64,000 nucleotides of DNA from assembly GCF_009914755.1 (NCBI RefSeq), contig NC_060929.1; one strand, 5' to 3'. The DNA is from the human T2T-CHM13v2.0 reference genome, Homo sapiens. Shown one piece after another: positions 39,048 to 58,661 of the stretch. The notes below the pieces were generated by a model. It was not told the DNA's origin and did not search any database. It saw only the letters and a program-made list of their open reading frames with translations. How positions within the stretch are numbered: position 1 is the stretch's first letter; each line of letters begins with the position of its first letter. The translations under genes were made by a program, and so were the position numbers.

Positions 39048-39612
39048 CTTAAACGAGAAGCCTGGATACAAAGTTATTGCATAAATTAGGGACAATCATA
39101 GGTTCCGATAATGTACAAATTCACAGCAGTTATACAACTCAATTAGATTTATATGAAGAAATATATAAATTTAAAACATGCATAAATGTTTTCCAAAAAA
39201 AAAACCACCACCACAAAGCATTGATTTTGTATTTATTCTGTCTTCCTTCTAGAAGAGATTGTGGTGAGAAATTTGAAAACTATATAAACTGCTTCTCCTC
39301 CAATGAAAACTTGCCAGGAATGGGAGACCTGGTTAAGCAAATAACATGATTAACCAAAGAACCAGGTTAAAACAGAATTATCCAAAATGTCGTATATACC
39401 ATATATGGCTATTCAATAATCCACAATCTCAAGGATTTAGGATTAATCTGAAATAAGAAATTTTTAAAAACAGACAATACCGTCAACTGCAAAGACATGC
39501 GGAAGTTAAAATTGAGAAGACTGCCTACTCTCAACAATCCAATTTCTTACTTTTAACAATCTAAACAAATACTTCTTATGAGAAATAAAATGCAATTCAC
39601 AAATTCTGTTCT

Positions 39613-40054
39613 TGTCAGGCCTCTGAGCCCAAGCTAAGCCATCGCATCCCCGGTGACTTGCACATATACGCCCAGATGGCCTGAAATAACTGAAGAATCA
39701 CAAAAGAAGTGAAAATGCCCTGCCCCGCCTTAACTGATGACATTCCACCACAAAAGTGAAAATGGCCGGTCCTCGCCTTAAGTGATGACATTACCTTGTA
39801 AAAGTCCTTTTCCTGGCTCATCCTGGCTCAAAAAGCTCCCCTGAGCACCTTGCCCCACTCCTGCCCGCCAGAGAACAACTCCCCTTTGACTGTAATTTTC
39901 CTTTACCTACCCAAATCCTATAAAACGGCCCCACCCCTATCTCCCTTCGCTGACTCTCTTTTCGGACTCAGCCCGCCTGCACCCAGGTGATTAAAAGCTT
40001 TTATTGCTCACACAAAGCCTGTTTGGTGGTCTCTTCACACGGACGCGCATGAAA
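39613..40054 (+). mobile_element. Solo HERV-H LTR (LTR7), 442 bp, in WDR41 intron 1
   Basis: TGTCAGGCCTCTGAGCCCAAG...GACGCGCATGAAA; TATA (CCTATAAAA ~39917) and ATTAAA; 5-bp TSD GTTCT at 39608-39612 and 40055-40059. Confidence 0.95.
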
Positions 40055-40489
40055 GTTCTTGTGTGGCATACGAAATAAATTTGGGACCTCAAAATTTCCA
40101 AGACTGCAAAAATTATTTTATTCACATTTCAAATGTAAATTTCATTACACACGGTCTATTCAATTATTCGGGCCCATGAAGAAAGTGTGACTATGAAACC
40201 AAAAACAGCAGTTAATTAGAAAATCATGTTCTTGACCTTGAAGCAGATTACTTTTTAAAAATAATTATATCCTTTTTCGGTTGTTGGATAAGTAAATTAA
40301 TTTTATATTCCCTGACCAAGTATCAGTAGACGCCAGGAAGAGACACCAATTCAAATAAACCAAAAGTGGAAAGCTGCGGTCACAACTCGTTCGTTTCTAG
40401 CTAAATCGTATACTTTTTAAGTGGAAATGAAGATAGTTTCGGTAGCCAGAAGCCCTAAGTTGTCACAGGTCCCAATAGGACTGCTGACC

Positions 40490-41225
40490 AGCTGAGCGTC
40501 CCTGAGCCAGGATCTCACGATTCAGCTAGCCGTGGGACGGGGCCGGGGGTCTGCAGCTCCAGGGTGCGCCTGGGGTCCCGCCGGGTCTGAGGAGCTCCGG
40601 CTCCCGCGCCCTCCGCCCCCACCGTCGTGAGAACAGCGCGTGGCACGAGCTCAGCAGCCAGCCCCGCCTCCGCCCGGGTCCCCGCGGTCGGAACCCAGGA
40701 AGGCCGAACCGGAACGAAGCCGCCCCTCCAGCAAGCTCGACGGACGCAGAGCAGACCCACCCGGGGTTTACCTCGGCCAGTCCCTGCGGTTCTCGGCCTC
40801 CCCCGATCAGCCATCGCAACATCCGGGCAGCGGCGGCGTCTTGCCCGGTCCAGCCCCAGTCAGCCCAAACTCCGCCCCAGGCTCGGCCTCCTCCTTCCTC
40901 CCCGGCTGCAGCGCAACTGAGACGCTAATACTTCCCGCCCCAGATCAGCCCACGGGCCGAAGGAATGCAGACCACAGTTGAGGGAGAATTTTTGTCCCCA
41001 AAGCGCTCCCGTACCCAGCCACGGAGGCTTAGTTTGGGCAGTCGCTTGGGGTGCGGCGGCCGACGGCGGGGGCGGCTGCGGCGATTGCGGGGCGCGCGCT
41101 GCTCCGAGTGAGCACGCGCGGGAGCGCCGCCGGGTAGCGCACGGAGCTTAGGTAGCTCGAGCGGCCCCTGGTGGACGCGCGCGGAGCAGCAACCCGACCC
41201 CGGCGAGCAAGCGCGCACGAAGAAT
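40490..41225. promoter_or_regulatory. CpG island promoter of WDR41
   Basis: Abrupt GC- and CpG-rich block in AT-rich surroundings, with several CCGCCC/GGGGCG GC boxes and GCGC runs; spans exon 1. The TSS cannot be placed exactly. Confidence 0.93.
40772..40822 (-). CDS. WDR41: WDR41 coding exon 1 (MLRWLIGGGREPQGLAE)
   Basis: ATG at 40822-40820 inside the CpG island. 51 nt ending GAG|GTAAAC (phase 0). The peptide matches the recalled WDR41 N-terminus and joins exon 2 in frame. Confidence 0.96.
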
Positions 41226-41664
41226 AATGCCCCTCCCTGTGACATGGCTTTAGTATCCTCCACTTCCTAGGGTACCAGGAAATCTCCCCTGCTTTCCCAA
41301 GAGCTTGCTGAAGAAGGTGTACCGCAGTAGACTTCTGCATCCAGACAAATCCAGTGGCTCATGTGTACAGCCGAATAAATCCGGCCAACATTTACTGTGT
41401 GCTATAGTACAGCTACTGTGCTAAGGCTTTACATAAATCCTCATGGTAAACCTATATCCTCTATTTTACACATCAAGAAACTAAAGCTCTGAATGATTAG
41501 GTAATTTGTCTAAAGATAACAGCTAGGAAGTGGCTACATTGGTAGTGTTCTTGACCGTATGCTATATTAACATAGAATCTCCCTAAAGAATAGAAGGCAG
41601 TTCATATACCTTTTTTTGACTACTACATTTTCTTAGGTAGTCAAAGGGCTGTGGTTATCTATGC

Positions 41665-41830
41665 TGACTGCATATCAGAATTACCTGGGTAGCTTTTGAA
41701 AATGTAGATTCCTGGCTTCCACCTCAGACTCATTAAAATAATCTTTGTGGTTGGGACGTAGGAATCGGGGTTTTGGGAAGGCTCCTCAGGTGATTCTGAT
41801 GAGTAGCAAGGTCTGAAAATCACTGGTCTA
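41665..41830. mobile_element. MER5-like DNA transposon
   Basis: ATCAGAATTACCTGGG...CAGGTGATTCTGATG inverted architecture. Confidence 0.65.
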
Positions 41831-42559
41831 GGAACTACTTATACATATCATGTTTGCAAAAGTATAAATATATATATTTGCATATGTATTAGGTTCAAAT
41901 AATCCTCCTAGCAGTAAATTGTTGTAGGGAATCTACAAATGTCCCAACTAATGCATTAATTCAGCAAACATGTATTGGACACAGATGCACTAGAGAAGCA
42001 GAAAGGAATCACATAAAATGCTGCTCTGGAGGGACAAGGCATAATGTCCCAGTCACCAATAAGAGAGAGCCATACATCCCACTTTAAGCTAAGTTGGTTG
42101 TGAGCAGCTACACAAACTTACAGTCCCTCTGGAACTCGGATCTCCTATAATTCATCTTTGTATTCCTTTTGAGTGCACTCGGCAAGAACACACTCCCAAG
42201 GATCAGGAGCATGTTGCCTTCTGTGTGCTAGCCCCAAATTGCAGTCTGCATACAGTTGAAGACAGACCAAAACAGAGACTATCCCCTGGGAAAGAGGGAC
42301 TTATCTTTAAGTAAAACAAAACTCAGAGACATCAGGAGTTCAGTTCTGGAAGGAATATCTTCACGTGAGACAATGTGGTTGCCCAAATAGCCTACATTTT
42401 ATTCTTCTGATTATCCACATTCTTTAGGGTTTGCCCCATGCTCTTTAGGGTTTGCCCAATGCCACATTACTCTGATGTAAGGGACATTCTGCTGATGCTT
42501 TAAAGCACTGGTCCAGGGTTGAACACTTCCTCCCTTGGTTCCTCTTAGGACAGCTAAGA

Positions 42560-45500
42560 AAGAATTTTTTACAAGATTAGTATATTATTGGGCACACAAT
42601 GTATAAAGATGTAATTTGTGGCATCAATAGAAAGGGTGGGGGTGGAGCAATATAGGAGCAGAGTCTTTGTATGCTATTGAAGTTACGTTGGTATAAATTA
42701 AAATGAGATTGTTATAACGTTAGGATGTTAAATGTAATTCTCATGGTAAACACAAAAATACCTGTAAAATATACATAAATGGAAATGATCAGGGAATCAA
42801 AACATTTACTACAAAAAATAAGCTAAATACAAAAGATGGCAGTAATAGAGAAAATGAGGTACAAAAAAACTATAAGGCATATAGAAAACAAATAGAAAAA
42901 TAGAAATTCCTCTTTATCAGTAATTACTTTAAATATAAATAGATTAAACTGTCCAAAGAAAAGGCAGATTGACAAAAAAAAACCAAACTCTAGAATCCAA
43001 CTATATGCTGTCTATGAAAGACTGACTTTAGATCAAAGACACAAATAGATCAAAAGGGAAAGAATAGAAAAAGATATTCCATGCAAATAGTAACCAAAAG
43101 AGAACTGGAGTGGCTGTACTAACAGCTGACAAAATAGACTTTAAATCAAAAAAGTTTTCAAAGACAGAAACATTATGTTATATATTAATAAAATAGTCAA
43201 TATAGCAAGAAGATAAAACAATTACAAATATTTACACACCTAATAATAGACCCTCAAAATTTATGAAGCAAAACTTAACAGAATTGAAGAAAGATATAGT
43301 TCTACAACAATGGTAGCAGACTTCATCTGTCCACTTTCAATAATAGATAGAACAACCAGACAAGGTAAAGAAATAGAGGACATAAACAACACAATAAACT
43401 AATTACATCTAACATATAAAGAACACACTACCCAACAACATCAGCATAAACATTCATCTCAAGCACATGTAAGACATTCTCTTAGATAGACCATATGTTA
43501 GGCCACAAAATAAGTCTCAATCAATTTTAAAAGATAGATATCACACAAAGTATCTTCTCTGACCACAACAGGAATCAGTGACAGAAGTAAAACTGGAAAA
43601 TTCACAAATGTGTTGAAATTAAGCAAAACACTCAAACAACCAATGAGTCACAAGAAAAAGCAGCACAAAAGAAATTATAAAATACCTAGAGACAAAAACA
43701 CAACACGACAAAACTTACGGGATGCGGTAAAAGCAGTACTTAAAGGGAAATTTATAGGTATAAATGTCTACATTAAAAAAGAAGATCTAAAATCAATAAC
43801 CTGACTTTATACCATAGGAACTTGAAGTAGAAGAGCAAATGAAACCCAAAACTAGTAGGAGGAAGGAAATAATAAGAATTAGAGCAGAGATAAACAAAAT
43901 AGAGAATAGAAAAAATAGAGCAAATCAATGAAACCAAAAGTTGGTCTTTTGCAAAGATGAAAAAAATTTAAAAACCTTTAGCTGGACTGACAAAGAAAAA
44001 AAGAGAAAATGCAAATAACTAAAATTGAAAATGAAAGTGGAGACATTACTACTGACTTTGCAGAGAGAAAAGGGACTATGCGACCACTATGAACAATCGA
44101 ACACAAATTAGATAACCTAAAAGATATGAATAAATTCCTTGAAATACACAAATTATTTAAATTGACTCAGAAAGAAATGGAAAATATTAACAGACCTATA
44201 GCAAGTAAAGAGATTGAAACAGTATTCAAAAACCTCCCAAAAAAGTGAAGTCCTGGACCAGATGGCTTTACTGATGAATCTACCAAACATTTAAAGAAGA
44301 ATTAACACAAATCTTTCTCAAATTCTTCCAAAAAGTGAAGAGGAGGAAACACTTTTTAACTCCTTATACAAGGCCAGCATTACCCTGATACCAAAACCAG
44401 AAAAAAAATCACAAAAAGAGAAAATTATAGGCCAATATCCCTTATGACTACAGATGAAAAAAATCTTTGACATAATATTATCACATTAAATCCAACAGCA
44501 TATTAACAAGTATTATTTACTATGACCAAGTAAGATTTATTCCGGGAATGGAAGAGTGGTTCAGTATAAGAAAATCAACCAATGTAATACATCACATTAA
44601 TAAAACAAAGGAAGATAACCACAAGATAATCTCAACTGATGCAGAAAGGCATTTTACAAAATCCAACACCCTTTTATCACAAAACTCTCAGAAAACCAGA
44701 AATAGAGGGGAAATTCCTCAATAGGATAAAAAGTAATTATGAAAAACCCATGGTTAACATCACATTCGATGGTGAAAGACTGAAAGCTTCTCCCCTAAGA
44801 TGAGAAACAAAAGAAAGATGTCCTCTTTGACCACTGCTCTTCAACACTGTATTGGAAGTTCTTGCCAGAGCTAGTAGACAAAAAGAAGTAAAAAGCATCC
44901 AAATTGGAAAGGAAGAGGTAAAGCTCTCTCTATTTGCAGATGATATGACCCTATATATAGAAAATCCTGAAGAATCCACAAAAAAGGTATAGAGCTAATA
45001 AATAAATTCAGCTAAGTTGCAGGGTACTAGATTAATACAAAAAAAATTAGTGTTGTTCCTACTTGCCAGCAATGAACAATCCAAAAAGAAAACTAATAAA
45101 GCAATTCCATTTACAATAGCATCTAAAATAATTAAATACATAGGAATAAATCTAACCCTGGAGGTGAAAGACTTCTATACTGAAAACAACAAAACATTGC
45201 TGAAAGAAATTAAAGAGTACCTAAATAAATAAAAAGACGTCCAAGCTCTTGGATAGAAAGACAACATTGTTAAGATATAAATACTTCCCAAAGCAATCTC
45301 CAGATTCAATGCAATCTCTATCAAAATTTCAATAATCTTGTTCCTAAAAATGGAAAAATAATCCTCAAATTTATATGGAATTGCAAGGGGTCCCAAATAG
45401 CCAAAATAATCTTGAAAAAGAAAATAAGGTTGGAGGACTCACACTTCCCAACTGTGGAACTTACTACGAAGTTAAAGTAATAGTACTGGCACAAGGACAG

Positions 45501-46872
45501 ACATGTAGACCAATGGAATAGAACAGAGAGCCTAGAGATAAACTCTTACATATATGGTCAATTTTTTTGACAAGTGTACTAAGACCATCCAATGGGGAAA
45601 GGACAGTCTTTTCAACAATTGGTACTAGGAAAACTGGATCTCTACACATAAAAGAATGAACTTGGATCCTTATCTTATACCATACACAAATGTTAACTTA
45701 AAATAGTCAAATACCTAAACTTAAAAGCTAAGTTGTAAAACTCTTAGAAGAAAAAAAATTGGAGGAGAAAATATTCATCACATTAAATTTGGCAAAATTT
45801 AGTGGCGGTGACACCAAATGCACAGGCAACAAAAGAAAAAATAAACCAATTTGACTTCATCAAAATTAAGAACTTTCATGCGTCAAAGGATACTACCAAG
45901 AAAATGAAAACCTACAGAATGGAAGAAAATATTTGCAAATCATACATCTGATAAGGAAGTGATACCTGTAATATATAAACATCTCCTACAACTCAACAAC
46001 AACAACAACATAAAACAACCCTATTAAAACTGGGCAAAGGACTTGAGTAGACATTTCTCCAAGGAAGGTATATGAATGGTCATTAAGCACCTGAAAAGAA
46101 GCTCAACATAATTAGTCATTAGAAAAATGCAAATCAAAACCACAATGGCATGCCATTTCACACATACTAGGATGCCTATAATTTTTTTAAGCTGGAAAAT
46201 AAATGTTGATAGGGATATGGAGAAATTGGAGTCCTTGTGCATCGTTAATAGAAATGTAAAATGGAGCAGCCACTGTGAAAAATCGTTTAGCAAACCCTCG
46301 AAAGTTAAACATACAACTACCATATGACCCAGCAAGTCCACCTCTAGGCATATATCTACAGGAAATGAAAGCAAGGACTCAACAGATATTTGGGCCAATG
46401 TTGACATCAGCACTATTCACAATAGCCAAAAGCCGGAGACATCCCAAGTGTCCATCCACAGATGAATGGATAAATAAAATGTGATGTATGCATATAATGA
46501 AATATTATTTAGTCATAAAGGAATTAATTTTTAAATATATTCTACAACATAGATGGGCCTTGAAAACATATGTTAAGTGAAATAAACCAAACACAGTAGA
46601 ATAAATATTGTATGATTCCACTATTATGAAATACTTAGAATAGGTAAATTCATAGAGACAGAAAATAGAACAGAGGTTACCAGGGATGGGAGAGGGGGAA
46701 ATAGGGAGTTATTATTGAATGAGTACAGAGTTTATGTTGAGACCAATGAAAAACATTTGTATATAGTGGTGATGATTATACAATATTGTGAATGTACTTA
46801 ATGTCACTGAATTGTACAATTACAAATGGTTAAAATGACAAATATGTTAGTATATTTTACCACAATAAAAGA
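42560..46872 (+). mobile_element. Old L1M (L1MA/MB-like), nearly complete decayed ORF2 plus 3'UTR
   Basis: ORF2-like peptides (QNLRDAVKAVLKGKFI; LFADDM region at ~44930; HPKCPSTDEWINKM). Confidence 0.88.
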
Positions 46873-49410
46873 GATAAATAGATCAATGGGACAGAATAGA
46901 GTACCAAAATAAAGCCACATATATATGGATAACTGATTTTTTTACAGAAGTGTAAAGGCAGTCAGTGTAGAAAAGACTATTGAAAAAGTCTTTTTGTTAA
47001 TTGTGCTAGACAATTTGACATCCATATCCAAATAAATGTACTTCAATTTATATCTCATTCCATAAGCAAAATACAGGATTAATCATAGGCATAAATGTAA
47101 AACCTAAATCTATAAAACTTCTAAAATAAAACATGGAGAGGCCAGTCATGGTGTCTCAAGCCTATAATCCCAGCGCTTTGGGAGGCTGAGGTAGGAGGAT
47201 TGCTTGAGCCCAGGAGTTCAAGACCAGATTGGGCAACATAGCGAGACCTCATATCTATAAAAAGTTTTAAAATTAACCGAGCATGGTGGCAGGTGCCTGT
47301 GGTTCCAGTAACTCAGGAGGCTGAGGCAAGAGGATCACTTAAGCTCAGGAGCTAGAGGCTGCAGGAAGCTATGTTCATGCCACTGTACTTCAGCCTGGGT
47401 GACAGAGTAAGACCCCATCAAAAAAAAAAAAAGAAAAAAGAAAAAGAAAAAAAGAAAAAACCATTGTGACTTTTTAAAGATTTTATCTCAAAAGTACAAT
47501 CCATAAAAGAAAAAATTGATAAATTGTACTACATCAAAATTAACACTTCTGTTCTTTAAAAGACACTGTTAAGAGAATAAAAAATAAGCAATAGACTAGG
47601 GAAAATATTTGCAAATTAGGTAGGTGAAAAAGGACTTCTCTCCAGAATATATAAAGAACCCTGAAAACTTAATAAAAGTCCAGTTCTGAGTGAGATAGGA
47701 TAAATACACGTCACTCTTTCTCTCCAATTGAACACAACTATAAACCTTGAACAAAATAGATGACGTAACTCTTTAAGGACTCTGAAAAAGGAGGAATGGG
47801 GAAGAATACCAGAATTCAAATTACCAGCAAGTCAGCATTTCTTTTTTCTTCAGCAGCTTCCCCAGCCTGAATCCAATGCAACCTCAAATCTGGAAAGGAG
47901 CACTGTGGTGCAGAAAGAGAAAGGTGTACCTTCTAGTTGTGGCTGAAACTGCAGGAAGAGGAACTCCCAAAGCTTAGAGAGAATGCAGGAATCCTCTGGG
48001 TCTTTTCCTCTCCTTTTTGTCCATTCTCTTATGCCTCAGACTCCAAAATATCCCACAGTAATGGTGGCAGCTGTTACAGTGGCTACCAACAGGAGACTGC
48101 AGGAGCCAAAACTCTAAGGGAAGGGAGACTTCCTCTCCATTCGGTAGAGCTCATGCTGCAAAAGAGTGCATCCAAACCCAGACCTGTTTTTTCCCATCTT
48201 TCTACCCTTCCACTAACTGGCACCAGAGGTGGAGCAATTACGAAAGGGGGTGGTTTCCAAAAAGGGAAACCCCAAGGAAACAGAAAGTACCAGAGAGATA
48301 GTGGAAATAGAAGAGTTCAGGAAAGCAACCCCAATTACTTTTATATGAACATGTAGGCACACCTTCCTTATCTTCATATGCAAGGCTCTTAATCTAATTA
48401 GTGTAAACTGAGTTAATAGAATTCTGCCTGGGCCCGAGACTAATTACTAGATGGGACAAATACAGATAACACTGTAAAGGCATTAAAACTGAACAAACAT
48501 TAGAGCCACAGCTCACAGAAGGTGAGTTACAACTTGTGCCTAACCTAGTCAGGTTAATTGCTTGTTAAAAAAAAATACCAACAGTCTCCACAGGACTTAA
48601 AACCAAGTTTCATAGTGTCATATTCCAAAGGTCTAGGAGTATAAGCCCAAATTACTTGGCATATGGAGAAACACAAAAGTCTTAGCTCACATGGAAAAAT
48701 ATAATCAACGGTTGCCAATGACAAAACTACAGATGTTGGAATTACCTGACGAAGACTTTAAAACATATTATAAAAATGCTGGCATGGCAATTATAAACAC
48801 TCTTGAAACAAACATTAAAACACAATGTATCAGCAAAGAAATAGAACATATAAAATAGAAAGAACCAAATGAAAAATTTTACATTTAACATACAATAACC
48901 AAAATTTAAAACTCAGTGGATGAACTAATAGCAGAATGGAGAGGACAGAGGCAAGAGTCAGTGAACTTAAATGGAGAAAATCAATAAAACCAAAAGCTGG
49001 TGTTTAAAAAGATCAGTGAAATTAATAAGCCACTAGCAAGACTGACAAAGAAAAAAAATAAAAGATAAAAATTAGCAGTATAAGGAATGAAAGCAGGGAT
49101 ATTACTGTAGGCCCCACAGACATTAAAGGGATAATAAGAGAGTATTATAAATAACCCTACACACAAAAATTTAACAACTGATGAAATGGAGTGATTTCTC
49201 AAATATCACAAATTACCAAAATCTGTTCAAGCTCAAATAGGTAACCTAAGTAGTCCCATAACCATTTACAAAATTGAATTCATAGTTTAAAATGTTCTTA
49301 AAAAGAAATCTTAGGGTTCAGATACCAAATCATAATGAAAATCCCAGAGGATTTCCTGTAGATAGACAAGCTGCTTCTAATAGGTATAAAGAAGGGCAGA
49401 CGAACTAGAA
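46873..49410 (+). mobile_element. Mosaic of older L1M fragments
   Basis: Decayed ORF2- and ORF1-like A-rich segments; internal boundaries uncertain. Confidence 0.6.
47139..47460 (+). mobile_element. AluJ
   Basis: GAGGATTGCTTGAGCCCAGGAG; (A5G)n tail. Confidence 0.9.
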
Positions 49411-49501
49411 TGTGCTGTGAGACATTACATTAAAAACCAAAAAAGATACTAAAAACTTTAAAATTTGAATCTTGTAGTCCCTGCTCTCAAGAAACATATT
49501 T

Positions 49502-55646
<6,145 letters not shown>

Positions 55647-56319
55647 AAGAAACATATTTTAGACTTTAGGATAACATTGAGTAAATTCTTGCATTTTAAG
55701 AAGAACAACTGAAGGGAGCACATGTAAATTAGTAATGAGTAAACTGAAGGAGTAAATTCTAAGGAGATCTAGCTTAAAAATAATCATCAGAGTTCTGGAG
55801 ATTGGTTGCATGAGAACGTAGGCATATTTAAAGTAACTGACCTGTACACTTAAAAATTGAAAAGATGTTAAATTTTATGTAGTATATATTTTACCAAAAT
55901 TAAAAATAAAACATAAATACACTGCCCCACCCATTTCCAGCACCAATAGTGCTTCTAGAGGCAACCACTTTCAAGGCTGTAGATGCTTCTTTGTAATTTG
56001 CCTTTATTTTTCTGACAATATGCAATACTGCTATATCTTATACTTGTTGTCTCGTGTCATCATTTTGCAATCTTTGATTTCTTATGTTAGATGAGCACTA
56101 GCACTAAAGCCTTCCCCACCAAGCCTTCACATGAAACTTTCCTCACCTCATCGCCTACCTATATTGCCAATGTTCCTTTTCATTATACTCTCGATATAAG
56201 TATAACAGATTTTTTTGTCAGTCAATATTCAGTGTTTGCAGTGTTACGGCTGTAATATTAGGTGGAAAATGTTATTCACTATTGAGTCAAATATAGTGAT
56301 GGAATTCCATTTCTTCTTC

Positions 56320-57740
56320 ATGATGTGACTAGGTATGGATCTCTTTGTTTATTCTACTTAGAGTTTATTATGTATCTTTATTGCATAATTTTTTAATGAA
56401 ATTTAGGAAGTTTCAGCCATTATTTCTTCAAATATTTTTCCTGCTCCTTCCTCTCTTCTCCATTTGGAACTCCTACTGCATGTATGCTGGTGTGCTTAAT
56501 GGTGTCTCACATTTCTCTGAGGTTCTGTCCGGTTTTCTTCATTCTTCTTTCTCTTTGCTCGTTGGCTTGCATAACCTCTATCAATCTGTTCTCAAGTATA
56601 CTGATTCTTTCAGCCAGTTCAAATCTACTGAGCCTCTCCAGTAAATTTTTTATTTTGGTTATTTCACTTTTTGACTTCAAATTTCCATTAGTTCTTTTAC
56701 AAAAATTTCTTTTATTTTTATTTATTTATTTTTTCTTTTGGAGACAGGGTGTTACTCTCTAACCCAGACTGGAGTGTGTAGTAATGCAGTCACAGCTCAC
56801 TGCAGCCTCGACCACCCAGGCTCAGGTGATTCTCCACCTCAGCCTCCCAGGTAGCTGAGACTACAGGCACACAGCACCAAGCCCAGCTAATTTTTTGTAG
56901 CGACAGGGTTTCTCCATTGTTGCCCAGACTGATCTTGAACTCCTGGGCTCAAGTGATTGACCTGCCTGGTTCTCCCAAAGTGCTAGGATGGCAGGCATGA
57001 GCCACCACACCTGGCCCTTTTATAAAAACGTCTGTGTTTTTGTTGGTATTCTTTATTTGATTAGACATTGTCATCATAACATCTTTTACTTCTGTACACA
57101 TGGTTTTAGTTCTTTGAACATATTTATAATGGCTGTTTTGAATTTTTCATCTATTAAATCCAAGATCTGGACCCTCTCACTGGCAGTTCTGTTGGCTGCT
57201 TTTTCTTCTTGTGTATGGGTCACACCTTCCTGTTTCATTGCTTGTGTCACAATTATTTGTTGCTATTGAAAGCTGAACATTTTTGGTAATATATTGTTTG
57301 ACACTAGATACTTATTTCCTCCCTTCTCTGGAGCTTGTTTTTGTTGTTGTTTGCTTGTGTACTTAGTAGCTTTGCTAAACTATTTTAGTGGTCTGTTTCT
57401 CTCCCCCCACAGCGTGAAGCTTCTGTACTCATCACAGTGTGCATCCTTAGGCATGGGACAGTCACCCTGGAATGACTGATCTTAGCAGGGCTCTCTTCGT
57501 TTATCTGATTTCACTTTAAAACCTTCTGCCCCTTTTTTTGGTCTCCATTAATTGCTGGCTGATTGTTTTTGACAATGTCCTGTGGTATAAATGGTTCTAT
57601 GGTCTGATCCAATTAAATTCAGGCAGGGATAGTTTTTGAGGCTAGTGTTTGAGGTTTGTTCTGTTCTCAGGAGAACTCTTCTTAACTGTCCCTCTCTCTG
57701 GGTGAACTAGCTGGCCTATGATTTAGCTTATTGTTCTCAA
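56320..57740 (-). mobile_element. Old L1M 5'/ORF1 region with nested AluJ (56706-57016, minus)
   Basis: TTTAGGAAGTTTCAGCCATTATTTCTTCAAATATT is typical antisense L1M; Alu dimer present. Confidence 0.75.
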
Positions 57741-57949
57741 TATAATCTTTCAATCAACCAGACCAATAATAGAAAATATTAGTTTAATTTTATTGCTGGA
57801 GACCTCCCTCATCAAGACTTCTGACTTGCTGCTTCTATCTGAACTGGTTTTTTTCTAGGTCTGATACACAGCTGTCACCCTGGGGTTTCCTTTGCCATCT
57901 TCCTGAGAATTCCCTGGAATTCCCCTTTGAATTCCCTGAAATGAAGGGG

Positions 57950-58468
57950 TCCCAGCAATTACATTCCTAGGTATATAATCAAGAGAAACAAAAACATATA
58001 TTTACACAGAAACTTGTACATGTATGTTTATAGCAGCACTATTCATCATACTCAAAAGGGGAAAGAACTCAAATTGATAAGCAAAATGTTGTATAACCAT
58101 ACAGTAGAATATTATGCCATAAAAAGGAATACAGTACTGACACAGGCTGCGACATTGATGATCATTGAAAACATTAGCGAAGTGAAAGAAGGCAGTCACA
58201 AAGACCACATGCTATGATTTCATTCATATGAAAGTCCAGAATAGGGAATCTATAGAGACAGAGAGTGGATTAGTGGTTGCTTACGGGTGGGGAAAATGGT
58301 AACAGGGCAATGGTAGCAAAAGATATAAGGTTTCTTCTTGAGGTGACGAAAACCTAAAATTGACTATGGTAATAGCTTCACATATCTGTAAATAGGTTAA
58401 AAACCATTAAATTGTATACTTTAAATGGGTAGATTATATGATATGTGATTTATATCTCAACAATGCTG
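57950..58468 (+). mobile_element. L1MB-like 3' end
   Basis: CCCAGCAATTACATTCCTAGGTATA...TTATATCTCAACAA. Confidence 0.75.
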
Positions 58469-58661
58469 ATTTTAAAATTCAGGCCATTGAGATATTTATT
58501 GGCAACCTGAAGTTGTCATTGAATCTTGCAACTCTAGCAGTATATGAGAGTAACTCTTTAATAGAACCTCTTAAGAAACTTCCCCTCACATCCATTGGCC
58601 AGGTTTGGATCCCCTCCCCCTTTCCTAAACCAATCACTAGTATGGAACTGAGATCACCAGG

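Noticed and set aside
40515-41340. Several ~100-aa ORFs over the CpG island
   Set aside because: Stop-poor GC-rich sequence yields long ORFs by chance. Only the first 17 codons of 40526..40822 and the short spliced alternative frame are supported.
47937-48356. 139-aa ORF
   Set aside because: It starts at a non-ATG codon, lies within probable decayed L1M 5' sequence, and has no recognisable domain or splice context.
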